This document shows, one piece after another, positions 1 to 12,073 of a stretch of 64,000 nt of DNA. Made by a program: the position numbers and the translations under genes. The notes below the pieces were generated by a model. The model saw only the letters and a program-made list of their open reading frames with translations. It did no database searches and was not told the origin of the DNA. Within the stretch, counting starts at the first letter, position 1. Each line of letters starts with the position of its first letter. Origin of the DNA: Marsupella aquatica (lineage: Eukaryota; Plantae; Marchantiophyta); the NCBI GenBank assembly GCA_973895155.1, contig OZ316896.1, forward strand, positions 17,224,754 to 17,288,753, given 5' to 3'.

Positions 1-50
1 AATGAGTAAAAAACAAGAAAAGCGAATGGAGCATGTTGATTGGTTTAGAT

Positions 51-322
51 GTTCAAATATTTGGGCAGGCCGGGCAGGGGACATGTGGCCTATGGAAATA
101 GCGAGTGAATGGTTAAGGGTGAGCGAGGGTAGTGGGTGCACCGGGTGAGGTGTAGGACCACCTAAGCCTGTTGCATGCCTATGTATTAAATTAGAGTTCT
201 TGGTCCTCTAGATCCAAAGAATCTCCATATGTCATTGGTTAGTACACTTGCTTGTGAAGCAACAGATCCTAAGCTTGAAACTTGTTTATGCAATGTTAGT
301 GCGTAACTGTTTTTGTCTTGTC
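51..322 (+). repeat. ~272-bp direct repeat, copy 1 (copy 2 at 8216-8487)
   Basis: GTTCAAATATTTGGGCAGGCCGGG...TTTTTGTCTTGTC recurs almost identically at 8216-8487 with only scattered substitutions. Confidence 0.9.
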
Positions 323-506
323 CTGGAACTCTATGTAAGTGACAACTAGGTAGATGATGGTGGACTAGTTGAGGATTTATTATAACCCTAATTCACATTG
401 ATTTCCGGCCACAACGTCCATGGGGCATCAGTGTAGGATAGAAGGAAGGTGTGGCGAGCAACTTCACCTTATTCTTCATTCCCCATTTTTTTGGGGTACA
501 CAGCAT

Positions 507-934
507 CATCAGTTATCAGTGGTTGATAACTGATATCAGTCGACTGATATCAGTTATGTCCAAAATTTCAGAATCTCAGTTGAGGAGTTGAGATGGGGCC
601 TTCAAACTTCCACGCATCTCAGCTGGGCAGCCGAGGTTGACTCAATCTCGGCTGACTTCGCCGAGATGGGTGTACGGGTTTACGGAAACCAAACAAATTG
701 AAAAAAAATTTCGGAAAATTTTTCCCACCTCGGCTGGGCTCGCCGAGATAGGTGTCTGTACGGTACGGACGCCTCATGGCGAAAAAAATTTGAAAAAAAA
801 CTTTTCCTTCAAATTTTGAAAATAAATTTAAGAAATTTTTTTCTTCATTTTTTTGCATCGCAACTTGGCGGCCTCTTTGAGATGAGGTGGCAGCTGATAT
901 CAGGTACACTGATAAAAGTGACTGATAACTGATG
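507..934. mobile_element. MITE-like non-autonomous DNA element
   Basis: 14-bp terminal inverted repeats CATCAGTTATCAGT (507-520) and ACTGATAACTGATG (921-934). A perfect 32-bp palindrome lies at 526-557, and CTCGGC/GCCGAG motifs repeat internally. No TSD resolved. Confidence 0.6.
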
Positions 935-3900
935 AGATTACCTATCTCAATTTTTTCCACAATCTATTGTTACCATCTACAGTGGTCTCTAGTGCTCCCA
1001 ATAGTGTTTAATTACTTTCTTTCATTGGTTCTTAGGTTTTTAATTTGCTACTCAACCTTAGTCTATCCATTTAGTGGTTAGATTGGTTTTAGTTGTTGTA
1101 GTTTTTGTAATTTTCTTGATGTGAGTGAAAATAATAATTGGTCATTCATCGAGTTTGGCTTGGCATTCAGTTTCCATTTTTAGGTTGGATTTTTTATAGA
1201 TAGGTTCTACATATAGGGTTTAGGCTTTGGGATAGAATAGTATGGGTAATGAGGGCCAACCTCCTGATCTTCCACATGGGAGACAGAAATGCCGTCCGAG
1301 AGGAGATGGTCCACCTAGACAACATATTGTACACAAGTGATGATATAGACTATAAGAAGCAATGTAAATCAGATGCCAAGTCAAAAACTGATATCTGGGA
1401 CCCACTTGAGAGGTGGGAGGAGTGGGAGGAGCTTAGATCTTTGCTAGGACACGATATCACACACTCTACTATTGTGACATGATTACTGAATTTTACCCGA
1501 TCTAGAGTTCTGGAGCTTACTAGGAGAAATCGGGGCAATTTAGACCAAATCTTACAAGGCTAAACCCACTAAGTCTTTTTTTCCATATTTTAAATGACTC
1601 GCACCCATTGCACCGGTTTTGTCGAAGACTAGAAATTACTTTGAGTGTTTTCTGGTTTAGTAAAAGACTATGAAAAGTGACCTTGCTACTTTGTGAAAGG
1701 TGAACACTCGACTAGCATATCATGGGTTTTATTGTTGGTGATGGCAAGGACAACCGGGAGGCTCCACATCACATATATTACATCAAATACTCATGAGTGT
1801 CAATGAAGGAAACTCAAACCTTTGAGAGATAAAACCACTGAAGAGGCATTTATGCTCAAGTCTAGAGAGGGGGAAATGATGTCCAGTTTGTTTTATAAGA
1901 CTTACAAAAAATGGGCAAATTAATTCAATTGCTCTATTGTAATGGCCATGAGGGCGTGCACAACTGATGTTTTGACCTCTTTACCAACATCCCGCTATAT
2001 TAGTACTCAATTTGGACAATATTCACTTATGTTCAAGAGAGATAATTGTATAAAGAGGGTGATGGCAAGGGGCATAACTCATTAAATGGCCTTATTTGTG
2101 ACCAAAAGGGTTTTGGGTTTAATGAAGTTTAGTTAATATCTAATTTAGGGTTAGCGTCACTACACTAATATGTCACTCAAAACACTGAGTTCATGGAGGG
2201 TGGACCTTGGAGGGGGTAAGGATATTCTTGGCCAATACTAAATCCCTCTATAAAAGGCCGAAATACACAAAGGTCAATTTCTACCTTGCCTCTTTCATAC
2301 ATTACAGGTCACGTTCTAGCACCAAGAATATTGCATTTTAAGACCGGATATAATCTTGGACAACCTCTAAGTAATGATGATTACACCACAATACATGTGG
2401 AATGGCTCGATATAGGTTTATGTAATAAACTTGTCATTTTTTTGCTTTTTGAACAAGGAATAGTAAAAAAGACGTTTTAAGTGCTATCGGAGTAACTAGG
2501 TTTTAGGAACTTAAGTAGGAAGAATAGGAAGATAGTGGAATGGAAGGTTACTGAGTTGTAAGCAAGTCACAAGGGATAAGAAAGGTCTTTATGATGGGGC
2601 ATACAATGTTCCGTCCTTATTTAGAATAGGTGACAATTCCGAGCCGGAGAAACAACCCGACACTTGAAGTCTTAGTTTTGGTTCAGATTTTTCCCATAGA
2701 TGCTAGGAGGTCCCTAGAGCACCCCTAAAAAGTTAGATGTCAAGTGGGGTCTCAAACTAGGGTTTCCTTGTGTTTCGGTGTGACTTAAATTAACAAAATA
2801 GCGGGTCCCGGGAAAAATAGTTGATGAGTAAATTTAGGTGTTCCAAGTTTGGAATTGGGTTAAATATGGTCCACTCTATCCCTGGGAACTTGTGGTAGAA
2901 TCTAGTATCTTTGGTTACTTTTTGGGAGCATCTCAAAGGTGAGAATTTTTTTGGAAAATATAATAATTAATCCAATTTACCTAATTTTAGAAAATTGGTG
3001 ATAAGGTTTTGTCTAGATATTAGTAAACCAGGACATAGGCCTATGTCCAGAGAATATGTATATCTACTCAGAAGTCATTTTGGACTCATGGGTGATTTTT
3101 TGGGGCAGTCCAAAATGGCCTGAAAATGTAGTTTTTTCAGTGTTGGGGAACGACGATGCGCAAGCTATGACTCAAGCATGAGGCCGGTGAGGAAGTCAAG
3201 CACGAGGAGACTATCCAAAGGTGCTGCATGTTGCTTGAGGTGCCAATTGAGCACAAGGGCGACTAAATTGAAGGAAGGGCCGCTTGAATTGACCTGGCTG
3301 CATGCTGTTGATCAGAATTGGTTGGCCGCTTTGATGCTGCTGATTGGAATCAAGTTGCGTGCTATGGAGAAAATAGGCTGCTGCTGATCAAGAGATGGCT
3401 GGCTGGTTGTGAGCTATGTTGGGCTACAAAATTGAAGCCAGAGCTGGCGGCTAATCAGATGGACTATTGCACAAGAATTGATTGAATGTAGTAGCGGATC
3501 AACAAGGACCAGCTGCAAGAGAGAAAGAGGGCTGTTGTTGCAAATTGAAGAGCTATGGCTGCAAAATAGGATTGCTGCTAGTTGTGAAATTGCAGAGGTG
3601 GGCAGTTACAAAATTAAGAAGAGAGACCTTCTTGGCTTAGTGATTGGAATAGAGCTAGTTGCTGAGAATGAATCAAGCTATGGCTGTTGCTACTGTGCTT
3701 TGAATTTGTAGCTGTGCAGCTAGCTGCAAAATTGAAGAGGTGGGCTAGTTGCAAAATTGACTAGGTGGGCTGTGAGCTATGGTTGGATGTGGGCTGTCGC
3801 TGCTCATGAATTAAAGAGCTGCGAGTTATGGCTGCTGGAGAAGTAGCTATTCTGGCTGTTGGAGAATTAGAGCTATGGAGGATTGAAATGCTGCTAGACA

Positions 3901-6900
3901 ATCCTCTTGTGAACCGATCTACTCTCTCTCTCCCTTAGTAAACATAATTCCCTTCATAAGCACGAGAGTCTCCCCTGGTGACATCTGGAATCTACATAAG
4001 GGGCGTGTAAGGTAAGTGTAATCGGGTCGCCGCTTACACCCGCTTTACACCAAAAATAGACCTTGGAAGAATGGGCATAACTTTGGCTAGGGGTATCCGT
4101 TGGGGCCCAAATTTTTTTGTGCTTAGTTAGGGGAAGATGGAAGCCCCTTGGTGAAGGTGGAAACCCAGAAAAAGAATCACTCAAATATATTTTTAGCCGA
4201 GGCCATGAGGGGGTCCCGATAGCTAGCAAACCAAAGTCGGCATAGGGGAATGACTACCAGATTTAGGGGCTGACCTTTCTTGCACCCATACTACTTTAGC
4301 TAGGTTCTAGGGAAGGGTACTTACCTTTGGTCAAAGGTATAAGGCCATCAAGTTAAGAAAAGTAAGTATAGGGGGTAGTTTACTTAGGGTAGTAAAGGGG
4401 TTACAAGTAAAATAAGGTCAACTTTGACTAGGCACAACTTGAGACTCACTCACTCTTTCTGCGAGCTTTTAAGTGGGTTGGGAAGCTGGTGAGGAGGACC
4501 ATAAGTAAGAGCAGATTTGGAGGTCAAAGCATGCAACTCATGTGTGGTATATTCCAGGATTTTGAAGGAGGCCAAACAATAGGTTGTAGGGTGGGCTACG
4601 AATTATAGAGTTGGACTTTGTGTGTTAGGAGGACTTGGGGGAGGAGTAGTTGGACCCTAGATCAAGCTTGGTGTGGTGTAGAAGGAGTATAGTATATAAG
4701 GAGGAAGTTTTCATTTATTAGGGATCGGGAGTCTCATCTCTTAAGTGGAATCTCTACCTTGCCAAGGTAGGGCTAAGCTTGAGAAGGGAGAGGTGATCCA
4801 TGCTTAGTGTGGAGAATGTGTAGTGAAATTTTGTTGTAAAGGTGATACAATAAAAAGAGACTTGTCAATCTCCATTGTGACCATTAAGTGTGAGTACATT
4901 TGAAGTGTATGAGAGCAAGATAAGAGTCCATGCTATGGTGTAATCTTGGTCTAAGCTCAAAGGGGATGTGCTAGTACAAAACCAAGGCCAAGGAGACAAG
5001 GTTAAGGTAAAGCACTATTTTGAGACTTAGAATTGATTATAACTTGAGGGTGGAAAGTACTTTGCTTGGTGTGTGATGTTAACAAGAAGTAAGAACAAGA
5101 GGAAGAGTCCTTAGATAGAGGAGCCTTCTCTAGAGCTCAAAGGAGATGTGTGGACCCAAACCAAGGCCAAGGGGGCAAGGTTGAGGAGTAACACTACTTC
5201 AAGGGTCTTGAGGAGACTTAAGCTTGAAGAGGAAAGTACTTTGGGTTCTTGGGTGTTTGGGTGAGAATCTACTCTAAGGTGACAGCTTGAAGTGGAAATC
5301 CCCCTTGCTGATCCTTGGAGTAGAGTAGAGGGGAAGGGTGTGAGTGCAAAAGTAGTCAAGGGGACTACCTCTCTAGAAGTGGAGTTGAAACTACTTATGT
5401 ATGGAGTGATTAGACATTGTAAGCACATTTCATAAGTTTTGTCAATCCTTTGTGACCCTGGTATGACATGGAGCAAGTAGTAGGTAGTTTTTTAGGAGAA
5501 AAGTCCCTTAAGCTCCTTGACAAGTGTTTGACAATACTTTGTCACTATCTTCCATCTTCCAAAAATGATTATTATTTTGCCTTCTTGGAGTCTAGGATTC
5601 TTGCCAAATTAGTGTTTTGAACACTCTATTTAGGCTACCATACCACTAATTCATGAACCCACATTTAGAGTCTACTAGTGTATGACCATTCATTGCAAAC
5701 ATATGCTCAGTGCCAGGGTTTGATGCTCAACGAATCACCCCAACGGTAAGGCCCCTATTCCCTTAATTATGTTTAAGAACGTTGGGGGTTAACACTTAAC
5801 TTTTGGGGTGGACTAACTATCATGTACTGAATTGAGCAAGGCGCGAGAGAATTTCATCATGACTTGGTGGCCTGAGCAAGGGGGTGGGATCATGGGTCGA
5901 GCGTTTGGAGTTTCCAAACGATTTTTGGTTTGTATTTGTATTTTCTTGATCCTAACATCTTCATGTTGCCCTAAATATATGTATACACTCCTAGCCATCC
6001 CGAGCACCTCACACAAGCTTTGAGCAATTGAGTCCTTTTGTTGTAAGTATATCGAGCTGCCCAGCGTTCAAAGTTGAAGCTACTTGTGCCTGATCCATGT
6101 GTTGGTCGAATGTCTAGCACTATCCTATGACCTTACCTTTTTCTACCATCGTTGAAGAGTGATTGACCCGGACATAGCACTTGTGCAAAGACGTTGGGTC
6201 AAGGCAGTGAATGAGATTTTTGACTTGTGCAAGGTTGTCGGCCGAACGTTCGTGAGTGAGTGAGTGGAGAGTTGTAGACTACACGCTATTACAGAGGAGC
6301 ATTAGGAAGAATCATTATGTTCTTTTTAAGAGATCCCGAAAGAGATTGATCTGAGAAACCTGTATTGATTTCAGTATTGACAATGTTGATTATACACTAG
6401 ATTCAGTTTTGGTAAAGTGATCCAAATGACCCAATTGGAAACATTTATTATTCTTTCTAGATTTTGTAAGGTGATAGCTTCAGTTCATTTTTTTTGAATT
6501 GCAATTGAAAATTCCCCGTGTCTTATGAATTTTGTATGTGCGTGCATTTTGAATTGCATCGTGACTCCAATTACTTTTCTTATTGTGAAAACCTTGTTGT
6601 ATTATTTTGCATAAGATTATCAATTTATTTGGGATCCCTAGGGAAGTTGTTGTGTGCTCTGCTTGTCACACTTGTCGGTCTATGATGAAGGACTCAAGTG
6701 TGCATGGGTGTGTAGAAGCTCCACATTTGTTTTCTTTTTTTGCCTTAAGTTTCCCATTTCTATAGTTTCATACGACTTTCTTATGAACAAAAGAAAATCA
6801 AGAAACACCTTCAATTTCCATATGAAATTATTTTGCATAAATAAGCTCGTTCTGTTGCTCCAACACTACCCAAAGTTGCCTCATTAATTTTGTTTTCCTT

Positions 6901-7380
6901 CATAGAAATGTAGTAGTCTTACACCACATGGTCAGCTTTGTACCCAAAAACACCACCTTGGACCGGTTGCTCAAGTACTAGGTAATTAGTAGAATTTTTT
7001 TGGATAGTGTGAAGTGACTCATGAGCTTTCTTTGTTGACTACTTATCTGTTTGAGCTTTCATACACTCTCCACTGATCTTCTTGTCTTTCCCATATGTTT
7101 CTTGTTATCAAAACTTTTGCATTGGAAATAAGACATTTTTCTTGGGATCTTTGAGTGTGAATTTAGGGGAATTTGTGTGTCTCTACAAAGATTTTTAATT
7201 TGGTGTCAGGTCAATCTTGAGTTCTTATTTACTAAAAGACTGTGACAATGTAAGATAGGGTGATCAATAGTCTGAAAGTGAACCATTTATTATTTGATCT
7301 CTATTTCATCTGGTTATACACAATCACCATTGCAGGTTGGACACTACTTCATTTTTCCAAGCTTTGCTAGATGTTTAGCA

Positions 7381-7920
7381 TGTAAGTACGTACTAGGTTT
7401 ATTTTGTTTTATGTCATGCAAAAATATTGGTTGAGGATTTTGTTCATTCCTATAAATTTACCCCAAACTACTCACAACCATGAATGACATAACAAAATAT
7501 GAACTTATCTTTCTAAATATTTTGAAGGTCTAAATACTAGGTTGATATTGTTTTACATGCAAAACTATTTCTTAAATTTATATTTATTCTTGTAAAATTT
7601 ACTTCACACTATTCACAATCGGTAATGATAAAGTAATTATTGAATTTATCTTCCTAAATGTTTCTAGGGTCTAAGTACAATGTTTATTTGTTCTTACATG
7701 CTAAACTATTGGTAAGGGTTTAAGTTTTTCCTGTAAAACTTACTTTACACTACTCACAACCAGTAATGATAAAACAATTATTGAATTTATTTTCCTAAAT
7801 ACTTCTAGGATCTAAGTACATATTCATTTGTCTTTACACGCTAAACTATAGATTAGGGTTTGGATTTTTCATGTAAAATTTACTTCACACTACTCACGAC
7901 CAAGAGTGAAAAATAAAATA
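7381..7920. repeat. Degenerate AT-rich tandem repeat, ~141-bp period, ~4 copies
   Basis: Anchor TACTCACAACC-like word at about 7469, 7610, 7751 and 7891, with similar flanks (TTTACATGC..AACTAT, GTCTAAGTAC). Confidence 0.8.
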
Positions 7921-8215
7921 TGCATACTTAATCAAGTTTGGTTTCTTATGTTTTTGTTTATTATGTTCAATATATATATTTAAGTTTTAGGGTGCAAAGT
8001 TTGAAGTTGCAATTTTTGGGCGTAAAAAAACTAATGAGAAAATTAAAATGAAGATTTAGAGATAGATGGACAAGGTTAGTAGAGAAGGGTCAATGAAAAA
8101 TTTAGAGTCATTGTAATATATAGCACTTTAACTCATTGTTTGATCTGTCATCTTGAGTACGTTCTTAGATTTCATTTCAAATTCATTAATTCTATGTACA
8201 ATATACTTATATTGG

Positions 8216-8487
8216 GTTCAAATATTTGGGCAGGCCGGGCAGGGGACACGTGGCCTATGGAAATAGCGAGTGAATGGTTAAAGGTGAGCGAGGGTAGTGG
8301 GTGCACCGGGTGAGGTGTAGGACCACCTAAGCCTGTTGCATGTCTATGTATTAAATTAGAGTTCTTGGTCCTCTAGATCAAAAAAATCTCCATATGCCAT
8401 TAGTTAGTACACTTGCTTGTGAAGCAACAGGTCCTAAGCTTGAAACTTGTTTATGCAATGTTAGTGCGTAACTATTTTTGTCTTGTC
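8216..8487 (+). repeat. ~272-bp direct repeat, copy 2
   Basis: Matches 51-322. Confidence 0.9.
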
Positions 8488-9024
8488 ACATAAACTATTG
8501 TAAGTAAAGGCCTTATATCTTCCAAACCTTTTTGAAAATCTATTGAACATCTTGATATATTTGATCATGAGTGTGTCCAACTAAGAGGAGTCCAAGTTTG
8601 ATTTTCCAGAATTTACTTATCAACCAATTCGTTAAAACTGAAATTAAATTCTCCAAAACTTGTAATGAATATTCCAAAAATAATGTCAAGAAATTCCAAA
8701 AAATGTTATTTAAATTTCCAAAATTGATTTAACAAAATTCCAAAAATGTTATCAAATTGGATAGATGTGCTTATGATTCTTCAAAAATTCAGCCATGTTG
8801 GGATGTAGGTACAAGTTTAATTTATTATTTACTATCTTAGTAAAAAACCATCAATGCGACTACTATATTCAAAACATCATTCAAATGAACAAGTATTCTT
8901 GCGTAGTTGTGTTTGAAAATCAAAAACATAGTGCTACTATTCACTACATGATCAAAATGAGGGTCAAAATAGATCATTCAAAGGAATCACAAAGTTTGAA
9001 ATTTTAAAGAAACCAAATATTTAT

Positions 9025-10190
9025 TTATAATTGAGTTGCACATTGAACTTTGTCTACTCTATCTAATGGCGCTCGGCCAAGATTGAAGAAAATTGAACTA
9101 AAGGACACTCTGAACAAATGCTTATTTGAGCATGTTCCTAATTTTCCCTGTCTATCTACTTCTCTATCACGATTACAACCATCTCGTGTACGCAAGTTTT
9201 TAAATTTTGAAGAAAGATCTCGTGTCATTTGAACCAACGACAAAAACCGTATGGGATCATAAGCATGATCAATATGCCAACCGCACATTCCAAGATGTTT
9301 TCCAATCTTGCAAACCTCTTCATAACTCATTTTATCAATAACTCCCATATTTGTGACCAAGTGCTTCTGGCCCCAACTAATCTCGTATTGAGAAATGTGC
9401 AAAACATCAGCACATTTGATCATCTGTGGCGGTGTAAACTTTTTCAAAAGACCTCTTCTTTGAAGCTGAAGATAGATATGAGCATTGATTATCTCATCTT
9501 GAGATGCACTCTCCATGTACCATTTTGGCTCATTTAATTGAAGATATGCACGAATATCACAAGCCATTTCTATTTTTTCCAAACAAGGCCATACAATTTT
9601 CAAAAGAAAATTGTCTTTTTGATTTCCATCATATGTAGGTGGAAATCACGCTGAATGAGAAATATTTATTGAAGTTTTATAAGGTAAGTCATCTATCAAC
9701 ATTTGTTGAAGTTCTATAAGGTAAGTCATCTATCAACACCGTGGTCTCGTCATCCCAATACCTATGTTCTTCCCAAATGAACTTTGATATGTTCTTCAAA
9801 AACACGAGTCCACCTTTGCTATTCTTGAGCCCAAGAATTTCTTGAACATGATGTTGATTTTTGATAAAAATAAATTTTTTAATTTCTTCGGGTCCAAAGA
9901 TAATCTTGACTTGAATCTAGACTTCTTGATCAGTTCCACAACTCCATATTCCTATGTCAAATTTTGAGAAACACTTTTGCAAAAATTCATAAATTTGTGG
10001 TCTTATTGTCCACATGTTACCACGCCATGTGTGCACAGTTACCGTTGATATTGACTTGGTGCATATTGTTTTCCGAGATATTGCAATCGGAAAAATAAAC
10101 CACTAAGGTCAAAAATTAGTAATTTACGATCTCGGGCTATATTTTCTGGTAGGTAAGACCAAACGTGACATGGATCAAGATCGTGTGTTG
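9025..10190 (-). pseudogene. Decayed FCP1-homology / NIF (HAD-superfamily) phosphatase-like gene
   Basis: Manual translation across frameshifts gives RKLLIFDLSGLF...IRPQIYEFLQKCFSKFDIGIWSCG...FIFIKNQ...VFLKNISKFIW...TTVLIDDLPYR...FPPTYDGNQKDNFLLKIVWPCLEKI. This matches the NIF (PF03031) motif order. It has in-frame stops, a frameshift near 10030 and a 37-bp tandem duplication at about 9672-9738. Confidence 0.75.
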
Positions 10191-10440
10191 ACCTGTTACA
10201 AATGTAATTACAAATAAATTAGAACTTTGTAAAATAAATGTACAACAACTAATTTCAAAATCCTATATAAATATGAAAATAGATAAAAGATAACACAATC
10301 TTTATCTTTTGTTGCTAATGGAAATATTCCAGCAGACAATCCTTCTTCAGATGATGAATCACTCCAAAGGGGTGACTCAATAGATGCAATTCCAGGTACT
10401 ATTGTTTCTGAATATGAATCATTTTGTCTTGCTTCTTCTG

Positions 10441-12073
10441 TAACTCTGCACTTAGCCGTGCCTTAAGCTTAACAATTTCAAACCTATCCTTAGCTGCAAT
10501 AAGCATGTCATCCACATAAAGTACTAAAATAATGAACCCAAAGACAACATTCTTCACCGGTTTCAAATATACACAAGGGTCAAACACACTCCTGTGAAAA
10601 CCTTGTGACCAAATCCAATCGTCAAACCGCTTGTTCCACTATCTTGGTGATTGCTTCAACCCATACAAGGATTTTAGCAATCTGCAAATCAATTCCTCCT
10701 ATCCTCTCTTCACAAAACCTAGCGGCTGTCTCATGAAGATCACCTCTTCCAAGGTGCCATAGAGGAAAGCTGTGACAACATCCATCTGATCTAGCAGCAG
10801 ACCAAACATTACAACAAGCACACACAATAGCCGTATTGTAGAGTACTTAGCAATTGGTGAGAAGACCTCATTGTAATCCACACCTTTCTCTTGTGTGAAT
10901 CCCTTTGCTACCAACCTAGCCTTGTAGACCTTCGATCCACCTCCTGCGGAATTATCCTTCAGCTTGTAAATCCACTTGCTGTCCACCACTTGCTGACCCT
11001 TAGGCAGCTTAACAAGCTCCCAAGTTTTGTTGCCCTTCAGTGACTGCATCTCCGTTTGCATTGCTGCAGTCCACTCCTGCTTCTCCTTAGAAGCACTTGC
11101 CTCATGAAATGAAGAAGGTTCCCCTTCTTCCAAAACCAACGCATCACCCTCATCATCAGCTGAAAAATTGTCCTCTTGCAGTTGAGATGAATCAACCCAC
11201 TGTCCATACCTAGGAGGAGCACGTACAATACGACCAAATATTCTTATAGCCGATGACTCTGGTTGAATTGCGTCTACTGGTATGATTTGAAGCTCAGCAG
11301 CATTCACTTGTTGCTCACCAGCATCAATAAACTCTTCTTGTTCCTGTGGCATAAGAACCAGCTCCATGCTTGGAGCACCTCCTCTCTGATCATGCACTTC
11401 ATGATCAATCTCCCCCTCAACGAGATCTAGGATAGGAGATTTTCCTTTGTCAATACGGGAGACCTGAGTATTCTTCCCCTCCTTCAATAATCTGGATTCA
11501 TTGAAGAAACATCCCTACTGACAACGAGCTTACAGGCAATAGGATCCCATAGCCTGTAGGCCTTCACACCACTCTGATACCCAAGAAAAATACATTTCTT
11601 GGACGTAGGATCTAACTTGGTCCTATTATGCTTTGGTGTGAGAGCATATGCATCACTTCCAAAAACTACCAAGCCATGATAGTCTGCTTGCCGCTTATAA
11701 CGCATTTCAAATAGCGTTTTGAAATTGATTACACTAGAAGGAGAAAGATTTACCAAATAAGCTGCAGTATTGACAGTTTCTGCCCAAAATTCCTGTGGTA
11801 AACCTGATTGGCTCAGCATACTCCGTGACCGCTCCAATAGTGTTTGATTGAGCCTCTCAGCGACACCATTTTGCTACGGAGTATAAACTGTGATGAGATG
11901 GCGAGTTATCCCCTGTTCTGCATAATACTCTTCAAATTCTATTGAAGTGTACTCCCCGCCGTTGTCTGACCTCAGACTCTTCACCCTGGTATCCAAACAC
12001 TTAATCGTGTTTCTTGTCTGATTCTCCACTTGGGCCTTCCACTTTGTAAAAATGGACAAGACATCAGACTTAT
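10441..12073 (-). pseudogene. copia pol, 3' part: integrase core/C-terminus and reverse transcriptase (RVT_2)
   Basis: LRSDNGGEY, FWAETVNTAAYLVN, KLDPTSKKCIFLGY, WELVKLP, YKARLVAKGFTQEKGVDYNEVFSP, QMDVVTAFLYG, LYVDDMLIA. Several frameshifts and stops. Confidence 0.95.

Noticed and set aside
1220-6300. Possible genes or a complete LTR element in the decayed region
   Set aside because: LTR-like ends (GGGGCATACA at 2605, CTATTACA at 6293) and degenerate repeats (3140-3900, 4979/5158) are visible, but I could not pair termini, find a TSD or recover protein motifs.
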